Shown: positions 10,492 through 21,458, counted from the whole stretch's first letter. The stretch is 59,071 nucleotides of DNA, filler included, from Acidimicrobiia bacterium (GCA_029210695.1; 15 parts of 15 records of this genome joined end to end with filler, not necessarily neighbours in it), one strand, 5' to 3'. Notes: generated from the sequence alone by a model not told the origin. A program made the numbers and translations.

Positions 10492-10860
10492 TCTCGGTCG
10501 GTTAGTTCGCGTTGCGGGTGTAGGACAGCCCGTGTTCGATGAGGGCTGCTTCCCATGGTGTGGTTGTGTCGATTTCGGTGAGGGTCCCGGAGATGGGGTC
10601 AAAGCGCAGGGTGCCTTGGGTTCCACCGTCGATGTAGATGGCGTCTCCGTTGGCGGTTGGCTGAAGGTACTGCGCCCATGCCACGTTTACGTCGTGAGTT
10701 TCAATGATTTCGAGTGTTTGTGGGTCGATGACGAGGAGCCCGCTTGTGGTTTGCTGGTCGGTGGTGATGTAGGTGCCGACGTGGCCGGATTCGAATCTGC
10801 CACCTCCCAGGAGGTAGCCACCGTTCGGGACAGCTGTCACGAAACCTACTGGTGCTTCGC

Positions 10861-11197
10861 CAGCTGCGTCACCCCAACACCGAGGGCCGCATCTTCTACG
10901 AACGCAAACTCGAAGAGGGCAAAACACCCAAGGAAGCGATCCGGGCGTTGAAACGGCGCCTCTCCGACGTCGTCTACCGCCATCTCCAAACCGACCAACA
11001 ACGCAACAACCAGTAGGGCCCGGGGGGCACCCAGGAACGTCTCTGACGCTTGCGTGGCCGGTATTCCATCCTGATCACCGGCTCTTCAGCGCAGCCACCC
11101 CGAGCCGTTCCTAAGCCTACGCGTCACCAAGCACCTCGGTTCAGCCGAGACACCCAACCGCGCCCCAAAACACCCCTTGACAAACAAACAGGCATCG
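10861..11197 (+). mobile_element. IS110-family 3' remnant: recombinase tail (10861-11016) plus non-coding right end
   Basis: QLRHPNTEGRIFYERKLEEGKTPKEAIRALKRRLSDVVYRHL; ~180-bp non-coding tail ending near an outward-facing TTGACA. Confidence 0.8.
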
Positions 11198-11266
11198 ATC
11201 CCGGACACTCGGCGAAATGCTCGATCTGGTACCCGATTTGGCGATCGGGTACCAGAACGCAATGTT

Positions 11267-11896
11267 TCAGCCCGACGCTTCTGACAGCGATCCGATCTCA
11301 TCCACCTTGCTGCCCGAGAGTTGATGCGCTGGTCGGTTCTCACCATGCAAAGGGGTGGTGAGCCGACCGTCGGCGCCGACAAACAGGATCCCGTCAAGAG
11401 TGTTGAGCCGATGACTGATCTCTCCACCGAAGAAATCACTGCGCTCCCTGGACTCCTCGAGGAGATAGAGCAGGACCCGCATGCCGAGCTCGGGCATGCC
11501 AACGCCACTCCGCTCAACGCGGAGGGTTCGATTTCCGGACCCATCGGTTATGAATCCTTCCCATGCGATTGTGACGGCGGACGGAGCCGTGCCCTTGAGG
11601 GTCTTCTCGGGTTGCACTGTGACCATGAAATACTCGGACGCGTGTGGATCCTCAGCCTCGTCCGGTGTTCCAATGGACCTGACCGCCAAGACCTCACCAA
11701 CTATGACGAGATCCGAAGCGTCGGTCAGACTTGCGATATTGTCGTACGGTGTCTCATTTACCTCTGAGTTGGTAACTGGCAGGTCATTCACCGTTGACGA
11801 TCCGACGGTGTCAGTGCCTTCTGTTGTGCCACAGCTCACTCCTGCAACAGCCACAAGGCATACAGCCAGAATCGATCGAGTTGATAGTGTGCGCAT
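11267..11896 (-). CDS. Putative lipoprotein
   Basis: Signal peptide with lipobox-like VAGVSC; LTDASDLVIVGEV motif. Confidence 0.7.
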   Translation of the reverse strand: MRTLSTRSILAVCLVAVAGVSCGTTEGTDTVGSSTVNDLPVTNSEVNETPYDNIASLTDASDLVIVGEVLAVRSIGTPDEAEDPHASEYFMVTVQPEKTLKGTAPSAVTIAWEGFITDGSGNRTLRVERSGVGMPELGMRVLLYLLEESRERSDFFGGEISHRLNTLDGILFVGADGRLTTPLHGENRPAHQLSGSKVDEIGSLSEASG

Positions 11897-11916
11897 CAGG
11901 GCTCTCCTGGTTGCTG

Positions 11917-12495
11917 TCAGTACTGTGCGTTGATGTGGCCGATTTCGTGCGATGAGAGCACGCCCTGGCCGCCTCCACTCATGCAGCCTGTGTTGTTCTC
12001 AGGCTGCGAGTCGTCAAACCCCACCGAGTGGCCAATCTCATGACAAGCACCCTGTTGCCGCTGGGCCGACGAATAGGTGTAGGCCCAGGTAGTGTTGAAT
12101 CGAACCCTCACCTGATTGCAGACGAGCGACGAAGAGAAATCGACGCAGGTTGCGTCGGCAGTGCCAACTGACGGCGTCACATACCAATAGACGTCCGTGT
12201 TTGTGTTGTAGGTCTGTTGTCCGACGCTCATATCGGTTCGATCTCGGAGTTGCCCGTTAATCGCGGCAAGCCACGAGCCGATCATTGCGTAATACTCACC
12301 ATCCGAGCTCTCTGTCTCCGCCCATGTGTGGTACGAGCTGTCAGCAACGTAGTGGTCGGGGTTCGCTGAAGTCCCGAAACCGTGTGCGAGTGCTGTTGCG
12401 GTCGGAATCCCCACGAGGAGGGCCGTTAGCAAGGCCACCGCCCTCCATCGAGAATAACCGACACGAAGTAGAACCATGGATGATGCTTTGCTCAT
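11917..12495 (-). CDS. Secreted metzincin-like Zn peptidase
   Basis: Signal peptide ending ALA; CHEIGHSVGFDD and downstream CM Met-turn; start uncertain. Confidence 0.7.
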   Translation of the reverse strand: MSKASSMVLLRVGYSRWRAVALLTALLVGIPTATALAHGFGTSANPDHYVADSSYHTWAETESSDGEYYAMIGSWLAAINGQLRDRTDMSVGQQTYNTNTDVYWYVTPSVGTADATCVDFSSSLVCNQVRVRFNTTWAYTYSSAQRQQGACHEIGHSVGFDDSQPENNTGCMSGGGQGVLSSHEIGHINAQY

Positions 12496-12839
12496 CGTTT
12501 CCCCTTCCCGGCGCAGTCATCTGTCCTTGATGACTAGTTCTTTCGTGCAAACATACCCCCCCCTCCGAGACACCTCCAGAGTAGAAGGTCCCTTTCCTGC
12601 TGCGAGAAGACCACTCGGGCCTCATCGCCGTAGCGCTACCTCGCAGGACGCCGAGGTTGGGGCCGCACATGTAAGTGACTTCGGTGGCTGATCACTGCCG
12701 GGTCCTGGGTGCATGATGCATCCTGGCTGGTCCGGGTGGNNNNNNNNNNNNNNNNNNNNNNNNNNNNNNNNNNNNNNNNNNNNTTAATTAATTAANNNNN
12801 NNNNNNNNNNNNNNNNNNNNNNNNNNNNNNNNNNNNNNN

Positions 12840-13369
12840 TGGCGTTGGACTCGGTAGGTCGGGTGCGATGTTGGCGCCTCGGATCGGGTCGGTTGTTGGT
12901 CGTCGGCTCGCTGCCACTGCCCCTCATCGATGTCCAGCACCGGCTGAGCGGACACGTCGATGAGGGAAGCGGCCAGCGGGGTTGCTGCTGCTGGTAGGGC
13001 TCGCATCGGTCCGAGGGTGGCTACAGCGAGGGTGATGGCGGCGACGAGTTGAGCGACGGCTGGCTGGAGCCCGGGCAGGACGGGGAGCCGGCGTGCGGTG
13101 TGGCCTCGGAGCGCGGCGACAGTCTCGACGGTGAGGACGATGGCAAGCTGCACCCAGATGACCCAGACCACGACGGCCAGCGTGTTGATGATCAGGTTGG
13201 GGTCGATGCCGCTGCGCAGGGCGAGCTGGATCTGGTCGAAGCTGGGGATGCTGGTGGGTAGGGGCCAGCCGACGTAGACGGTCAGCCCGGCCGGGACGGC
13301 GATGGTGAAGAGTGCGAGGGCGATGAGGGCGGCGAGCCCGCTGATGGCGTGTTTGGCGTGTCGCATCAT
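12840..13369 (-). CDS. Membrane LysM(-BTAD) protein, 5' part only
   Basis: GWPLP..., two or three TM segments, cut at YRVQR (start of LysM) by the contig end; typical last gene of actinobacterial tad clusters. Confidence 0.7.
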
Positions 13370-13770
13370 GGCTCCTCGGTGATGGCCGCGGCGGTCTCGG
13401 TTGCGGTGACGGTGATGGGGCCGGTGGGAAGCAGTACTGGGTCGACGGTGAGTTCGACGGTCACGGTGATGGTGTCGTCGGCGACGGTGACCTCGCTGGC
13501 GGCGTGCCCGAGCTCTGTCAGGTAGTCGCGGGCTTCTTGCTCTGCGGCGCCGGGGAGTAGCCGGACGGTACCGTCGGTGCGGAGGGTGTCGAGGTCGATG
13601 GCCTGGGCTCCGGCTCGGGCGGCGTTGTCGGCGAGGTTGCTGGCCTCTCGGAGCGTGTTGACCTTGCGGCCGCCGTCGACGACGAGTCCGGCTGCGGCGA
13701 GGAGGGCGAGGGCGAGCACAGCCAGGAAGGTGGAGACCGCTCCCCTCTCGTTGTGGAGTCGACGGGTCAT
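13366..13770 (-). CDS. TadG-like pseudopilin
   Basis: ERGAVS..GLVVDGG..ADNAARAGAQAIDL. Confidence 0.85.
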   Translation of the reverse strand: MTRRLHNERGAVSTFLAVLALALLAAAGLVVDGGRKVNTLREASNLADNAARAGAQAIDLDTLRTDGTVRLLPGAAEQEARDYLTELGHAASEVTVADDTITVTVELTVDPVLLPTGPITVTATETAAAITEEP

Positions 13771-14198
13771 GGTGTCGCCTCCTGATTGGCCCGGTAGGCG
13801 TCGATGATCTCGACCGCCGTCGATGAGAACGTGCGACTCCCGGGAACGGCGAGCATGGCCAGGTCGGCGAAGTCGGCGTCGCAGCTGACGGTCACGGCGA
13901 CCCTTCCCCCCGCCGTGAAGTCGGAGGTGTCGATGGTTACCTCGATCTGCCGGCAGCTCACTGTGGCTGCGGCGAGGTTCGCCGAGACGGTGGTGGCGGC
14001 GGCTTCGTCGGCGGCCTGTGGGCCGGCGGTGAGGGAGGCGGCACGGGCGGCTTCTTGGGCGGCGTTGGCTACGTCACCTTCGGCTTGGGTGACCCGACCG
14101 GCGAACACGACCAGCAGTACGAACCCGATCAGCAACGGGGTGAGCACGGCCAGTTCGGTCGAGACGGCGCCGTCTTGGCGGGAAGGGTGGCGGATCAT
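13767..14198 (-). CDS. TadE-like pseudopilin
   Basis: DGAVSTELAVLTP...AAQEAARAASL. Confidence 0.88.
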   Translation of the reverse strand: MIRHPSRQDGAVSTELAVLTPLLIGFVLLVVFAGRVTQAEGDVANAAQEAARAASLTAGPQAADEAAATTVSANLAAATVSCRQIEVTIDTSDFTAGGRVAVTVSCDADFADLAMLAVPGSRTFSSTAVEIIDAYRANQEATP

Positions 14199-14596
14199 CG
14201 GTCGGGCTCTTCAGGAATGAAGCGTTCGACCGGGCCGGACGCATGCGCGGCGACCTGCCAGTCGAGGCCAGGGATGATGCGTGGTGCTCGTCCGGTCACA
14301 GCAACGGTGACCGTGTCGGTGGTTCTGGTGACCGATACGTCCGGGTCGGTGAGGTTGCCGGCGGCGTCGAGGAACCACTCGGCTGCGCGTATGCCGTCTT
14401 CTTCGGTGGCCGTGATTACTTGGGCGGCGTCGAGTCCTTCGCGGGCGGCGGCTTCGGCGACCTGGCGAGCGTGCCACCAGAGAGCGATCTGGAATGGGAC
14501 GAGGACGAGGGCGATGATCACCGGCATGACCACGGCCAGTTCGGTCGAGGTCAGCCCGCGTTCGGTTCTGTGCGGTCCGGTCACCGTCATGTCCAT
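14195..14596 (-). CDS. TadE-like pseudopilin
   Basis: ERGLTSTELAVVMP...AEAAAREG. Confidence 0.88.
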   Translation of the reverse strand: MDMTVTGPHRTERGLTSTELAVVMPVIIALVLVPFQIALWWHARQVAEAAAREGLDAAQVITATEEDGIRAAEWFLDAAGNLTDPDVSVTRTTDTVTVAVTGRAPRIIPGLDWQVAAHASGPVERFIPEEPDR

Positions 14597-14603
14597 ATCC
14601 CGT

Positions 14604-14822
14604 TCAGGGTGTGGGTGGGGTGACGTTGTCGGGGATCGCTTCGGCGTTTGACCGCATCTTGGCGATCAGAATCACACCGGCGGCGATGGCGATGGCGACC
14701 AGCACGCCGGTGAGCACGGCGGCCTCGGTCGACATCGCTCCCTTCTCGTCCTGGATGTCGATCCCGAGACGGGTCAGCCCGACCTCCACGAGGAGGCGGG
14801 CGTAGTCGATGTAGGCGGTCAT
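14604..14822 (-). CDS. Flp-type pilin
   Basis: 72 aa; DEKG|AMSTE prepilin cleavage motif followed by a hydrophobic helix. Confidence 0.8.
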   Translation of the reverse strand: MTAYIDYARLLVEVGLTRLGIDIQDEKGAMSTEAAVLTGVLVAIAIAAGVILIAKMRSNAEAIPDNVTPPTP

Positions 14823-15008
14823 GGATGGTGCTCCCTTCGCTGTGTGATGTGGTTCCTCCGCTGGTGGAAGGTGTCGTGGTTGGGTGTCATGGGATCGTTC
14901 CGGGGGTGNNNNNNNNNNNNNNNNNNNNNNNNNNNNNNNNNNNNNNNNNNNNTTAATTAATTAANNNNNNNNNNNNNNNNNNNNNNNNNNNNNNNNNNNN
15001 NNNNNNNN

Positions 15009-15085
15009 CTCGACACGACCGACAGGGTGATCAAACGCCAACGATGTCCTGAGCCTTTCCGCCAACGATGTCCTGAGCCTCTCCC
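15009..15085 (+). mobile_element. IS481-like right end
   Basis: Two CGCCAACGATGTCCTGAGCCT repeats at the contig start. Confidence 0.55.
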
Positions 15086-15133
15086 TGTAGGTTCTACCGC
15101 GCCGATAGGGCTGCCGGGGGCCAGAGATCATTG

Positions 15134-15934
15134 TTACGGCATCGGGTGGGTGGGTGAGCCGTCCGGATTGAGCCACACGGCCACGACCCGCTCAAGACCG
15201 CGGTCAGATCCCACTGCCACCTCCACACGCCAGCGATCATCCGCCACTCCTCCGCCGATGATGGTTCCCACCCCCCATGGGGAGACAACGTCGAGAGCCG
15301 CGGAGGCAACCGCCTCGGGTACCTCGGTGGGATCAACCGGCGGGGAGATCACGGGCACCGTGCCCACCCGGGCCGGACTCGGCAGATCAAGGACCGACAC
15401 CGACTCCTCATCGATCAGGACCATCACCTCTATCCCCTCGACCGGCAATCGCACGGTGCCATCTTCGCCACCATGAAGGAGCTGCATCAGTAGGCGCACC
15501 CGAAAGAGGCCCTCCCCTACGTCCTCGGTGGATTCGACCGCAACCCATTCGACATAGGTCCAGGAGTCGTCGGACCGGCCCTCTGCCCATTGACGTGCGT
15601 AACGCTCCGCGGTTGTCGCCACGCTCTGTTCGATGTCACGGGGAGGCAAGGCGGCCAGCAGGTCTGCCTCCGAGTAGAGCGCCGGAGCGGAAGGAGGGTC
15701 CAGAATCGTGACAGCCGGCAATGGAACCGTCGACATGAGGGAAGGCACGGCAACAGCCACTTCGGGTTGCCAGATCATGCGGGCGATGACGGCGGCGATC
15801 GCCGCAGCTACCAGGAGCGCGGTGGCGAAGTACATCCACTTGCCTCTATCTGCCGTCTCGTTTGTCAGTGTGAGCTGACTCCACGGAATGTGCTCATATG
15901 TTTCGGTCTCGGTCTCGGGAAGCTCGTCTCGCAT
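15134..15934 (-). CDS. Hypothetical single-TM protein
   Basis: MRDELPETETETYEHIPWSQL..., one TM segment, protein-like composition. Confidence 0.7.
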   Translation of the reverse strand: MRDELPETETETYEHIPWSQLTLTNETADRGKWMYFATALLVAAAIAAVIARMIWQPEVAVAVPSLMSTVPLPAVTILDPPSAPALYSEADLLAALPPRDIEQSVATTAERYARQWAEGRSDDSWTYVEWVAVESTEDVGEGLFRVRLLMQLLHGGEDGTVRLPVEGIEVMVLIDEESVSVLDLPSPARVGTVPVISPPVDPTEVPEAVASAALDVVSPWGVGTIIGGGVADDRWRVEVAVGSDRGLERVVAVWLNPDGSPTHPMP

Positions 15935-16069
15935 GATGCCTCTCCAGGGAAATGCGGGGGCTTGTCGAACGTACGACACCACGGCGAACTGTTCAAGGGG
16001 GTCGTCGGCGACTACTTCCGCCTGCATTGTTCGGGAACCCGAAACCGGTCGACTATCGTTGGACTGCCG

Positions 16070-16678
16070 ATGGCACGAAATCCAGATCCCAGACCGGGGC
16101 GGTGGATCCTTCCCCTGATCATTGTCGGAATGGTCGGGTTCACCTACCTCTTCACCAAGAGCATCGATACGGTCCCCGCGGTACCCGACAACGAGGCTTC
16201 TTCTTCTTCGACGACGACGTCGACGAGCGAACCGTCCGACACCTCGACGGAGACCACCCTCCCGGTGGTCGTGAGCCCTGAAGTGCAGGCGTATGCCGCC
16301 GGCCTTGACAACTTCGACCTTGCCCTCGCAGAACTCGGGATCCGGATGGTCACGGTGAACGCAGCTTGGGACGGTCGTACGGCGGACTACTCGGACACAA
16401 AGGCGGCCTTGGAAACCCTGGTCGTCGACACAACGGCCTTTGCAGATCAGGTGGCCGCGGCAACGCCACCGGCCGGGGATGCCAACCTCGCACTCGAACA
16501 CGAGAAGATCGTGACCGCCGCCACCGCAGCCAAGACGGCGGCGGAGAACGTGCTCGACGGCCTGGTCAACAGCGAGGGATCGGCCGAGCGCCTGGCGGCA
16601 CTCGACGCATTCAATGCCTCCGTTACCAACTTCACCGACACCGTGGCTGCTGCCAAAGCCGTCGCCGGAGTGTCGTAG
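16070..16678 (+). CDS. Hypothetical membrane-anchored protein
   Basis: MARNPDPRPGRWILPLIIVGMV, Ser/Thr linker, helical domain. Confidence 0.75.
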   Translation: MARNPDPRPGRWILPLIIVGMVGFTYLFTKSIDTVPAVPDNEASSSSTTTSTSEPSDTSTETTLPVVVSPEVQAYAAGLDNFDLALAELGIRMVTVNAAWDGRTADYSDTKAALETLVVDTTAFADQVAAATPPAGDANLALEHEKIVTAATAAKTAAENVLDGLVNSEGSAERLAALDAFNASVTNFTDTVAAAKAVAGVS

Positions 16679-16772
16679 GTAACCCTCCCGACCCCAGCGG
16701 AGGCTGTTCGAATTCTCTCCTGCCGGTCGGCACCCGCCGTTGGGCAACGATATTTGGCCCCTGTGCACCCTC

Positions 16773-16847
16773 CTAGTGGTCTGTCGCTGAAATGGCGAAC
16801 CGGTGTAGTGTTGGGGGATGGTTGCTACTGCTGAAGCGTTGCGGATG
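16773..16847 (+). mobile_element. Possible IS630-like left end
   Basis: CTAGTGGTCTG... followed by ATG MVATAEALRM at the contig end. Confidence 0.35.
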
Positions 16848-16947
16848 NNNNNNNNNNNNNNNNNNNNNNNNNNNNNNNNNNNNNNNNNNNNTTAATTAAT
16901 TAANNNNNNNNNNNNNNNNNNNNNNNNNNNNNNNNNNNNNNNNNNNN

Positions 16948-17021
16948 AACTAGCATCCAAACCCAACCCAAGGTGAGGAATTTCGATGAGCAACCCTGGG
17001 GAATTTCAGCGAGCGGCGTCA
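16948..17021 (+). mobile_element. IS21-family right end
   Basis: Repeated GGAATTTC(G/A)..GAGC units ending ...GGCGTCA; partial copy at 21178-21218. Confidence 0.75.
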
Positions 17022-17251
17022 AAGCATTTGTCCGTCACGCTGCATTGCAGTGTGGTTTCTGCACTCCGGGGTTTCTCATGGAGGCGTTGGCCCTGATACG
17101 CCAGTCTCCGCGTCCGAGCCGGGGGGAGGTCACTGCGGCTCTGTCATCGAATCTGTGCAGGTGCACGGGCTATGGGCCGATCGGCGCGGCGGTTGGGGAG
17201 TGCTTGGACCAGATCGAAACCCCTGGCGGTTCATCAGCTCTCGGTACGTAA
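17022..17251 (+). pseudogene. CoxS/CutS-type [2Fe-2S] subunit, 3' fragment
   Basis: QCGFCTPG...NLCRCTGY; 5' part replaced by the IS21 end. Confidence 0.88.
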
Positions 17252-17390
17252 AGATCTGACTTGGACCTGATCCTGGGTACTGGTTGACGGTCCATCGATG
17301 TAATCGTAAACTATTCTGAATCAGTTAGGTATTCAAGGTCGGCCTCGACAGAAGCCACCGCCGAACTGACAACGGAGGGAGTCGGAGTTC

Positions 17391-18500
17391 ATGAAGCTTC
17401 TCAAGCGTTGGCCAGCACTACTTATCGCGTTGGCACTGGTTCTGGCCGCATGTGGCGCAGACGAAGGGTCAGATACCACAACGTCCACCGCGCCTGCAGA
17501 CGAACCAGTAGTCACCGCGACGACTGCGTCGACTGAGCCCGGAGACGAACCAGCAACCACTACTACGAGTACTACGTCGCCAGATGAAGCCATGGAGGCC
17601 GAGGTCGCGGCCTTCTACTCGGACAATGACATACACCTCATGAGTGGTGGAGGTGTCGGCGGTGGAGCCTATACCTACACAGAGTTGGTGGGCAGGTACA
17701 TCGGACAATACATCCCCGGTAACCCCGAAGTCATCGTTGAGGCACGGCCGGGTGCGGGGACCATGATCAACGCGATCGCACTCTTCAACACCGACGAGAA
17801 GGACGGGACTTTCTTCGGCACGACGCATGCGAACATGATGCTTGCGGAGGCTACGGGGATTGAGGAGGCGAAGTTCAGTTTCCTCGAGTTTGGCGTTATT
17901 GGGGCTGTGGACAGTGCGTACCTCGCCTGTGGCGCCCTTGAGAGCTCCGGCATCACCGACATTCAACAGCTCATCGATGGCGGCGAGACGTTGCTCGTCG
18001 GGGCTTCCCAGCCGGGTTCTGGGAACCACGACACTCCTGCGGCGCTGAACGCTGCCATCGGCTCCCACTTCGAGATCATCTCGGGTTATGACTCGGGTGG
18101 CGGCCCCATCCTCCTGGCAATGGAACGTGGAGAAGTCGACGGCGGTTGCGGGACGGCGAGCACGTTCGAGGTGGCATTCCGCGATCTGATGGAAGACGGG
18201 AGCATGAAAATCCTCGTCACGATCGGTGACACGCCCGAAGGGAATCCGTTCTTGGAAGGTGTCCCCCATGCTGAAGACCTTGCATTGAGCGAAGACGACC
18301 TCGCACTTCTCAAGGTCGTTGCGGCCCCGGCCGCTGTTGCATGGCCATTCGTGATGCCCCCGGGAGTCCCACCCGAACGACTCGCCGCGGTTCAGAAGGC
18401 CTTTGCCATGACCCTTCAGGACCCGGACTTCCTCGCAGACGCGGCACAAGCCAATCTGGCTATCAACTACCAATCCCCTGAGGCTGTGCTAAGTGTATTC
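17391..18500 (+). pseudogene. Tripartite tricarboxylate transporter substrate-binding lipoprotein (TctC/Bug-like), 3'-truncated
   Basis: Lipobox LAAC; IPGNPEVIVEARPGAG, LAMERGEVDG, PPGVPPER, DPDFLADA; IS begins at 18501. Confidence 0.85.
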
Positions 18501-18576
18501 TGTCGCCACCGGGTGAATACTGACCCTTTATCACCGCTCGAATTTTGACCCCCTCCTGGTCGGGTCCACCACTGAT
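18501..18576 (+). mobile_element. IS21-family terminus
   Basis: TGTCGCCACCGGGTGAATACTGACCC...CCGCTCGAATTTTGACCCC repeats. Confidence 0.7.
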
Positions 18577-18716
18577 NNNNNNNNNNNNNNNNNNNNNNNN
18601 NNNNNNNNNNNNNNNNNNNNTTAATTAATTAANNNNNNNNNNNNNNNNNNNNNNNNNNNNNNNNNNNNNNNNNNNNCGGAACTTGTCAAGCTTTTTGAGA
18701 CAGACGGTTCATTGTT

Positions 18717-19727
18717 TCATTGGGTCGGCGTGTCCTCCTCTGGTTTGTTGATCCACGCGGTCTGCGGGAGCGGCGGTGGTGTTGGCGGTTTATGGACGAA
18801 CCGTTCGGGATGTGTCTGGTAGGCGGCGTCGAGGACGGCTCCTCGTTGTCGTTGGATGGCTTCGGCTCGGCCGTAATGAACGTCGGCGGGGGTGTGGTAT
18901 CCGATCCCGGAGTGGCGGTGTTCGTTGTTATACCAGTCGAAGAAGCTTCTGGTGAAGGCCTGGGCGTCCTCGAACGACCCGAAACGTTTCGGGAAGTCGG
19001 GCCGGTACTTCAGCGTCTTGAACTGGGACTCGCTGTACGGGTTGTCGTTCGACACATGCGGACGGGAGTGGGACTTGGTGACACCGAGATCGCCGAGGAG
19101 CAGGGCTACCGGTTTCGATGCCATCGAAGCGCCCCGGTCGGCGTGGATCGTCAACTCGCCACGATCGACACCCTGCTGCTGGATCGTGTCGGCGAGGAGC
19201 CGCTCGGCGAGATGAGCCCGCTCGGCCCGAGCGAGCATCCAGCCCGGTATGTACCGCGAGTAGATGTCGATGATCACATACAGGTAGTAGTAGGTCCACT
19301 TCGCAGGTCCCAACAGTTTCGTGATATCCCACGACCACACGACGTTCGGGCCCGCAGCAACCAACTCGGGTTTGACCCGGGCTGGGTGGGTGGCCTGGCG
19401 GCGACGCTCGGACACCTCGCCGGCGTCACGCAGGATCCGGTACATCGTTGCGGTCGATGCCAGATACACACCGTCGTCTAACAGTTTGGCGTAGACGGTG
19501 GCGGGAGCCTCATCGACATGTTCGGGTTCGTGAAGGACCCGCAGTATCTCTTTTCGTTCAACGTCGTCGAGCGCTCGAGGCTGCGACGCCGCAACCCGGT
19601 CGGGTTTGGGCGGCAGTGGGCTTTTGCGATGCCACCGATAATGCGTGGCTCGGGGACGACCCACCGCAGCGCATGCCGCCGTGACACCCACCATCGGGGC
19701 CAGCTCGGAGATGGCGTCGTCGATCAC
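18717..19727 (-). CDS. DDE (rve) transposase OrfB
   Basis: [32 protein letters not shown]. Confidence 0.93.
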   Translation of the reverse strand: MIDDAISELAPMVGVTAACAAVGRPRATHYRWHRKSPLPPKPDRVAASQPRALDDVERKEILRVLHEPEHVDEAPATVYAKLLDDGVYLASTATMYRILRDAGEVSERRRQATHPARVKPELVAAGPNVVWSWDITKLLGPAKWTYYYLYVIIDIYSRYIPGWMLARAERAHLAERLLADTIQQQGVDRGELTIHADRGASMASKPVALLLGDLGVTKSHSRPHVSNDNPYSESQFKTLKYRPDFPKRFGSFEDAQAFTRSFFDWYNNEHRHSGIGYHTPADVHYGRAEAIQRQRGAVLDAAYQTHPERFVHKPPTPPPLPQTAWINKPEEDTPTQ

Positions 19728-20158
19728 TTCGGCTCGCCGTCGGTCTTGTGGGCGCTGTCGGTGGCGAGTTCCTCCAACAGCGCCGAGAGTTTCCCCTGGA
19801 CCTCGATCACCCGACGTGCCGTCCCCAACTCTTCTTCGAGTCGGTCCACACGTCGGCGGAGCCGGGCGTTGTCCCGCTCGATCGGATCAAGCGGTGCCCG
19901 CCCAGGTTTCGCTGCCAACGCTGCAAGCGCACCCCGGTCGCGTTGTTTCCGCCACTCCGAGATCAGCGACGTATACAAACCTTCCCGACGCAACAACGAA
20001 CCTTTGGCGTCACGATCCAAGCCCTCGTACTCGGCCAGGATCTCCAACTTGTACTTCGCCGTATATGACCGGCGCTTGGCCCGTTCCGGGACCTCAGGAT
20101 TCGGATCGTTCACCAGCCCAGCATGGCCCAGCAACCGATCCTCTGCAGTGATAGACAT
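19724..20158 (-). CDS. Transposase OrfA (HTH)
   Basis: [13 protein letters not shown]...[16 protein letters not shown]; 4-nt GTGA overlap with orfB. Confidence 0.9.
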   Translation of the reverse strand: MSITAEDRLLGHAGLVNDPNPEVPERAKRRSYTAKYKLEILAEYEGLDRDAKGSLLRREGLYTSLISEWRKQRDRGALAALAAKPGRAPLDPIERDNARLRRRVDRLEEELGTARRVIEVQGKLSALLEELATDSAHKTDGEPK

Positions 20159-20338
20159 TCAGGGATTCTCCCATCCCGCCCTCTCAACACAGTGATACAC
20201 CTACACGACCCGTCTCACGAAACGTTGACACAGAGGGNNNNNNNNNNNNNNNNNNNNNNNNNNNNNNNNNNNNNNNNNNNNTTAATTAATTAANNNNNNN
20301 NNNNNNNNNNNNNNNNNNNNNNNNNNNNNNNNNNNNNC

Positions 20339-20635
20339 ATCGACGATGCCGCTCACCGCCTCGCACAACACGCCCTCCAAACCAACAACCCAGCCCAGGC
20401 AACATGGGCAGCCAGAAAAGGGCTCACCGCCAGCTGGGCTTGCGAAGAGTGCTACCGCAACCTCATGCGCGCCGCCATCACCCAAGACAACCAGACAGCA
20501 CTCGACGCCATCTACAACGAGCTCACCGCCATCGTCGACGCCGACCAAGGCCCCGACGCCACCAGCTGGCTCGACCCCGAAACCATCGACCTCTACGAAC
20601 AATACAGCCGAAACCGTCGCCGCCCCACCCGATGA
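20339..20635 (+). CDS. BTAD-domain protein, 3' end only
   Basis: My translation: IDDAAHRLAQHAL...ATWAARKGL..CEECYRNLMRAA...LDPETIDLYEQY; not in the ORF track. Confidence 0.7.
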   Translation: MDDAAHRLAQHALQTNNPAQATWAARKGLTASWACEECYRNLMRAAITQDNQTALDAIYNELTAIVDADQGPDATSWLDPETIDLYEQYSRNRRRPTR

Positions 20636-20759
20636 CCAGGAGAAACCGAACAGCGAGCCAACCCGCCAGCTCCAACTCGACCAGATCCACACCCAGCTCG
20701 AACGACTGCCCCGAGAAGGTGTGGAGAGGCTTCCTTCGGATCCCGGAGGTATACATCAA

Positions 20760-21040
20760 CGATGCACGTTGGACGGTAAGCAGCTGAAACCGTCGTATGT
20801 GCGAAACGTGTTGGTGAGGCAGGCGGCGAAGGTAGGGATTGAGAAGAGAGTTCATCCTCACGGACTAAGCCTGGATCCACCGATTCGGTTCGGGTGGGTG
20901 TCGGGTCGGTCGGCGCTGGGATGTGGTGATCGATGTGGAACCCGCGTTTCTTGCGAGCTCAAATGGGTCTACGTGGCGATGAGCCGCGGCCGGCAAACCA
21001 ACACCCTCTACCTCACCAACCCCCAACACGAGGATGAACA
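20760..21040 (+). pseudogene. Mosaic remnants: integrase piece, IS1380 end, relaxase-helicase motif VI piece
   Basis: KVGIEKRVHPHGL, then CCTGGATCCACC at 20870, then WVYVAMSRGRQTNTLYL. Confidence 0.6.
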
Positions 21041-21257
21041 GTGCACGCACCCACCTCACCCACCAAGGTCGCCCCGATCCCCTCGATGGGCTCATGGGGA
21101 CATGGCGTGTACGCCTGAAGAATCCTTGTGCACTATTTGATCTCGTCCGCCCCATCCATAGGATGAAGGTCTGCCCGTGACGCCGCTCGCTGAAATTCCC
21201 CAGGGTTGCTCATCGAAAATAGGGTCATATGACCTCTGAGTTGGTGTGGGGATGGGG

Positions 21258-21458
21258 TCACGAGGATATCTCAAGGGTCGTTGTGTCTGTTGTTATGAGT
21301 TCGTATTCCTCGATGAGGGTGAGGTACTCGTCGATGAGGCGTTCTGGCATTCCGGTGAGGAGGGGGAGCTCGTGTCGGGGGAACTTCTCTGAGAGGAGCC
21401 GGACCCGTTCGAAGCTGCGGATGTAGCGATCGACGGCGTGTTTGGAGTGGTAGGTGTT
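21258..21458 (-). CDS. DUF1670-like protein, 3' end only
   Basis: My translation: TYHSKHAVDRYIRSFERVRLL...TGMPERLIDEYL. Confidence 0.6.
   Translation of the reverse strand, partial: NTYHSKHAVDRYIRSFERVRLLSEKFPRHELPLLTGMPERLIDEYLTLIEEYELITTDTTTLEISS

Larger units (their letters stand above)
18677..20237 (-). mobile_element. Apparently complete IS3-like element (collapsed multicopy repeat)
   Basis: Whole contig: orfA + orfB, inverted repeats TGTCAA..TGAGAC; left end recurs at 23729-23804 and 25065-25141. Confidence 0.88.
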
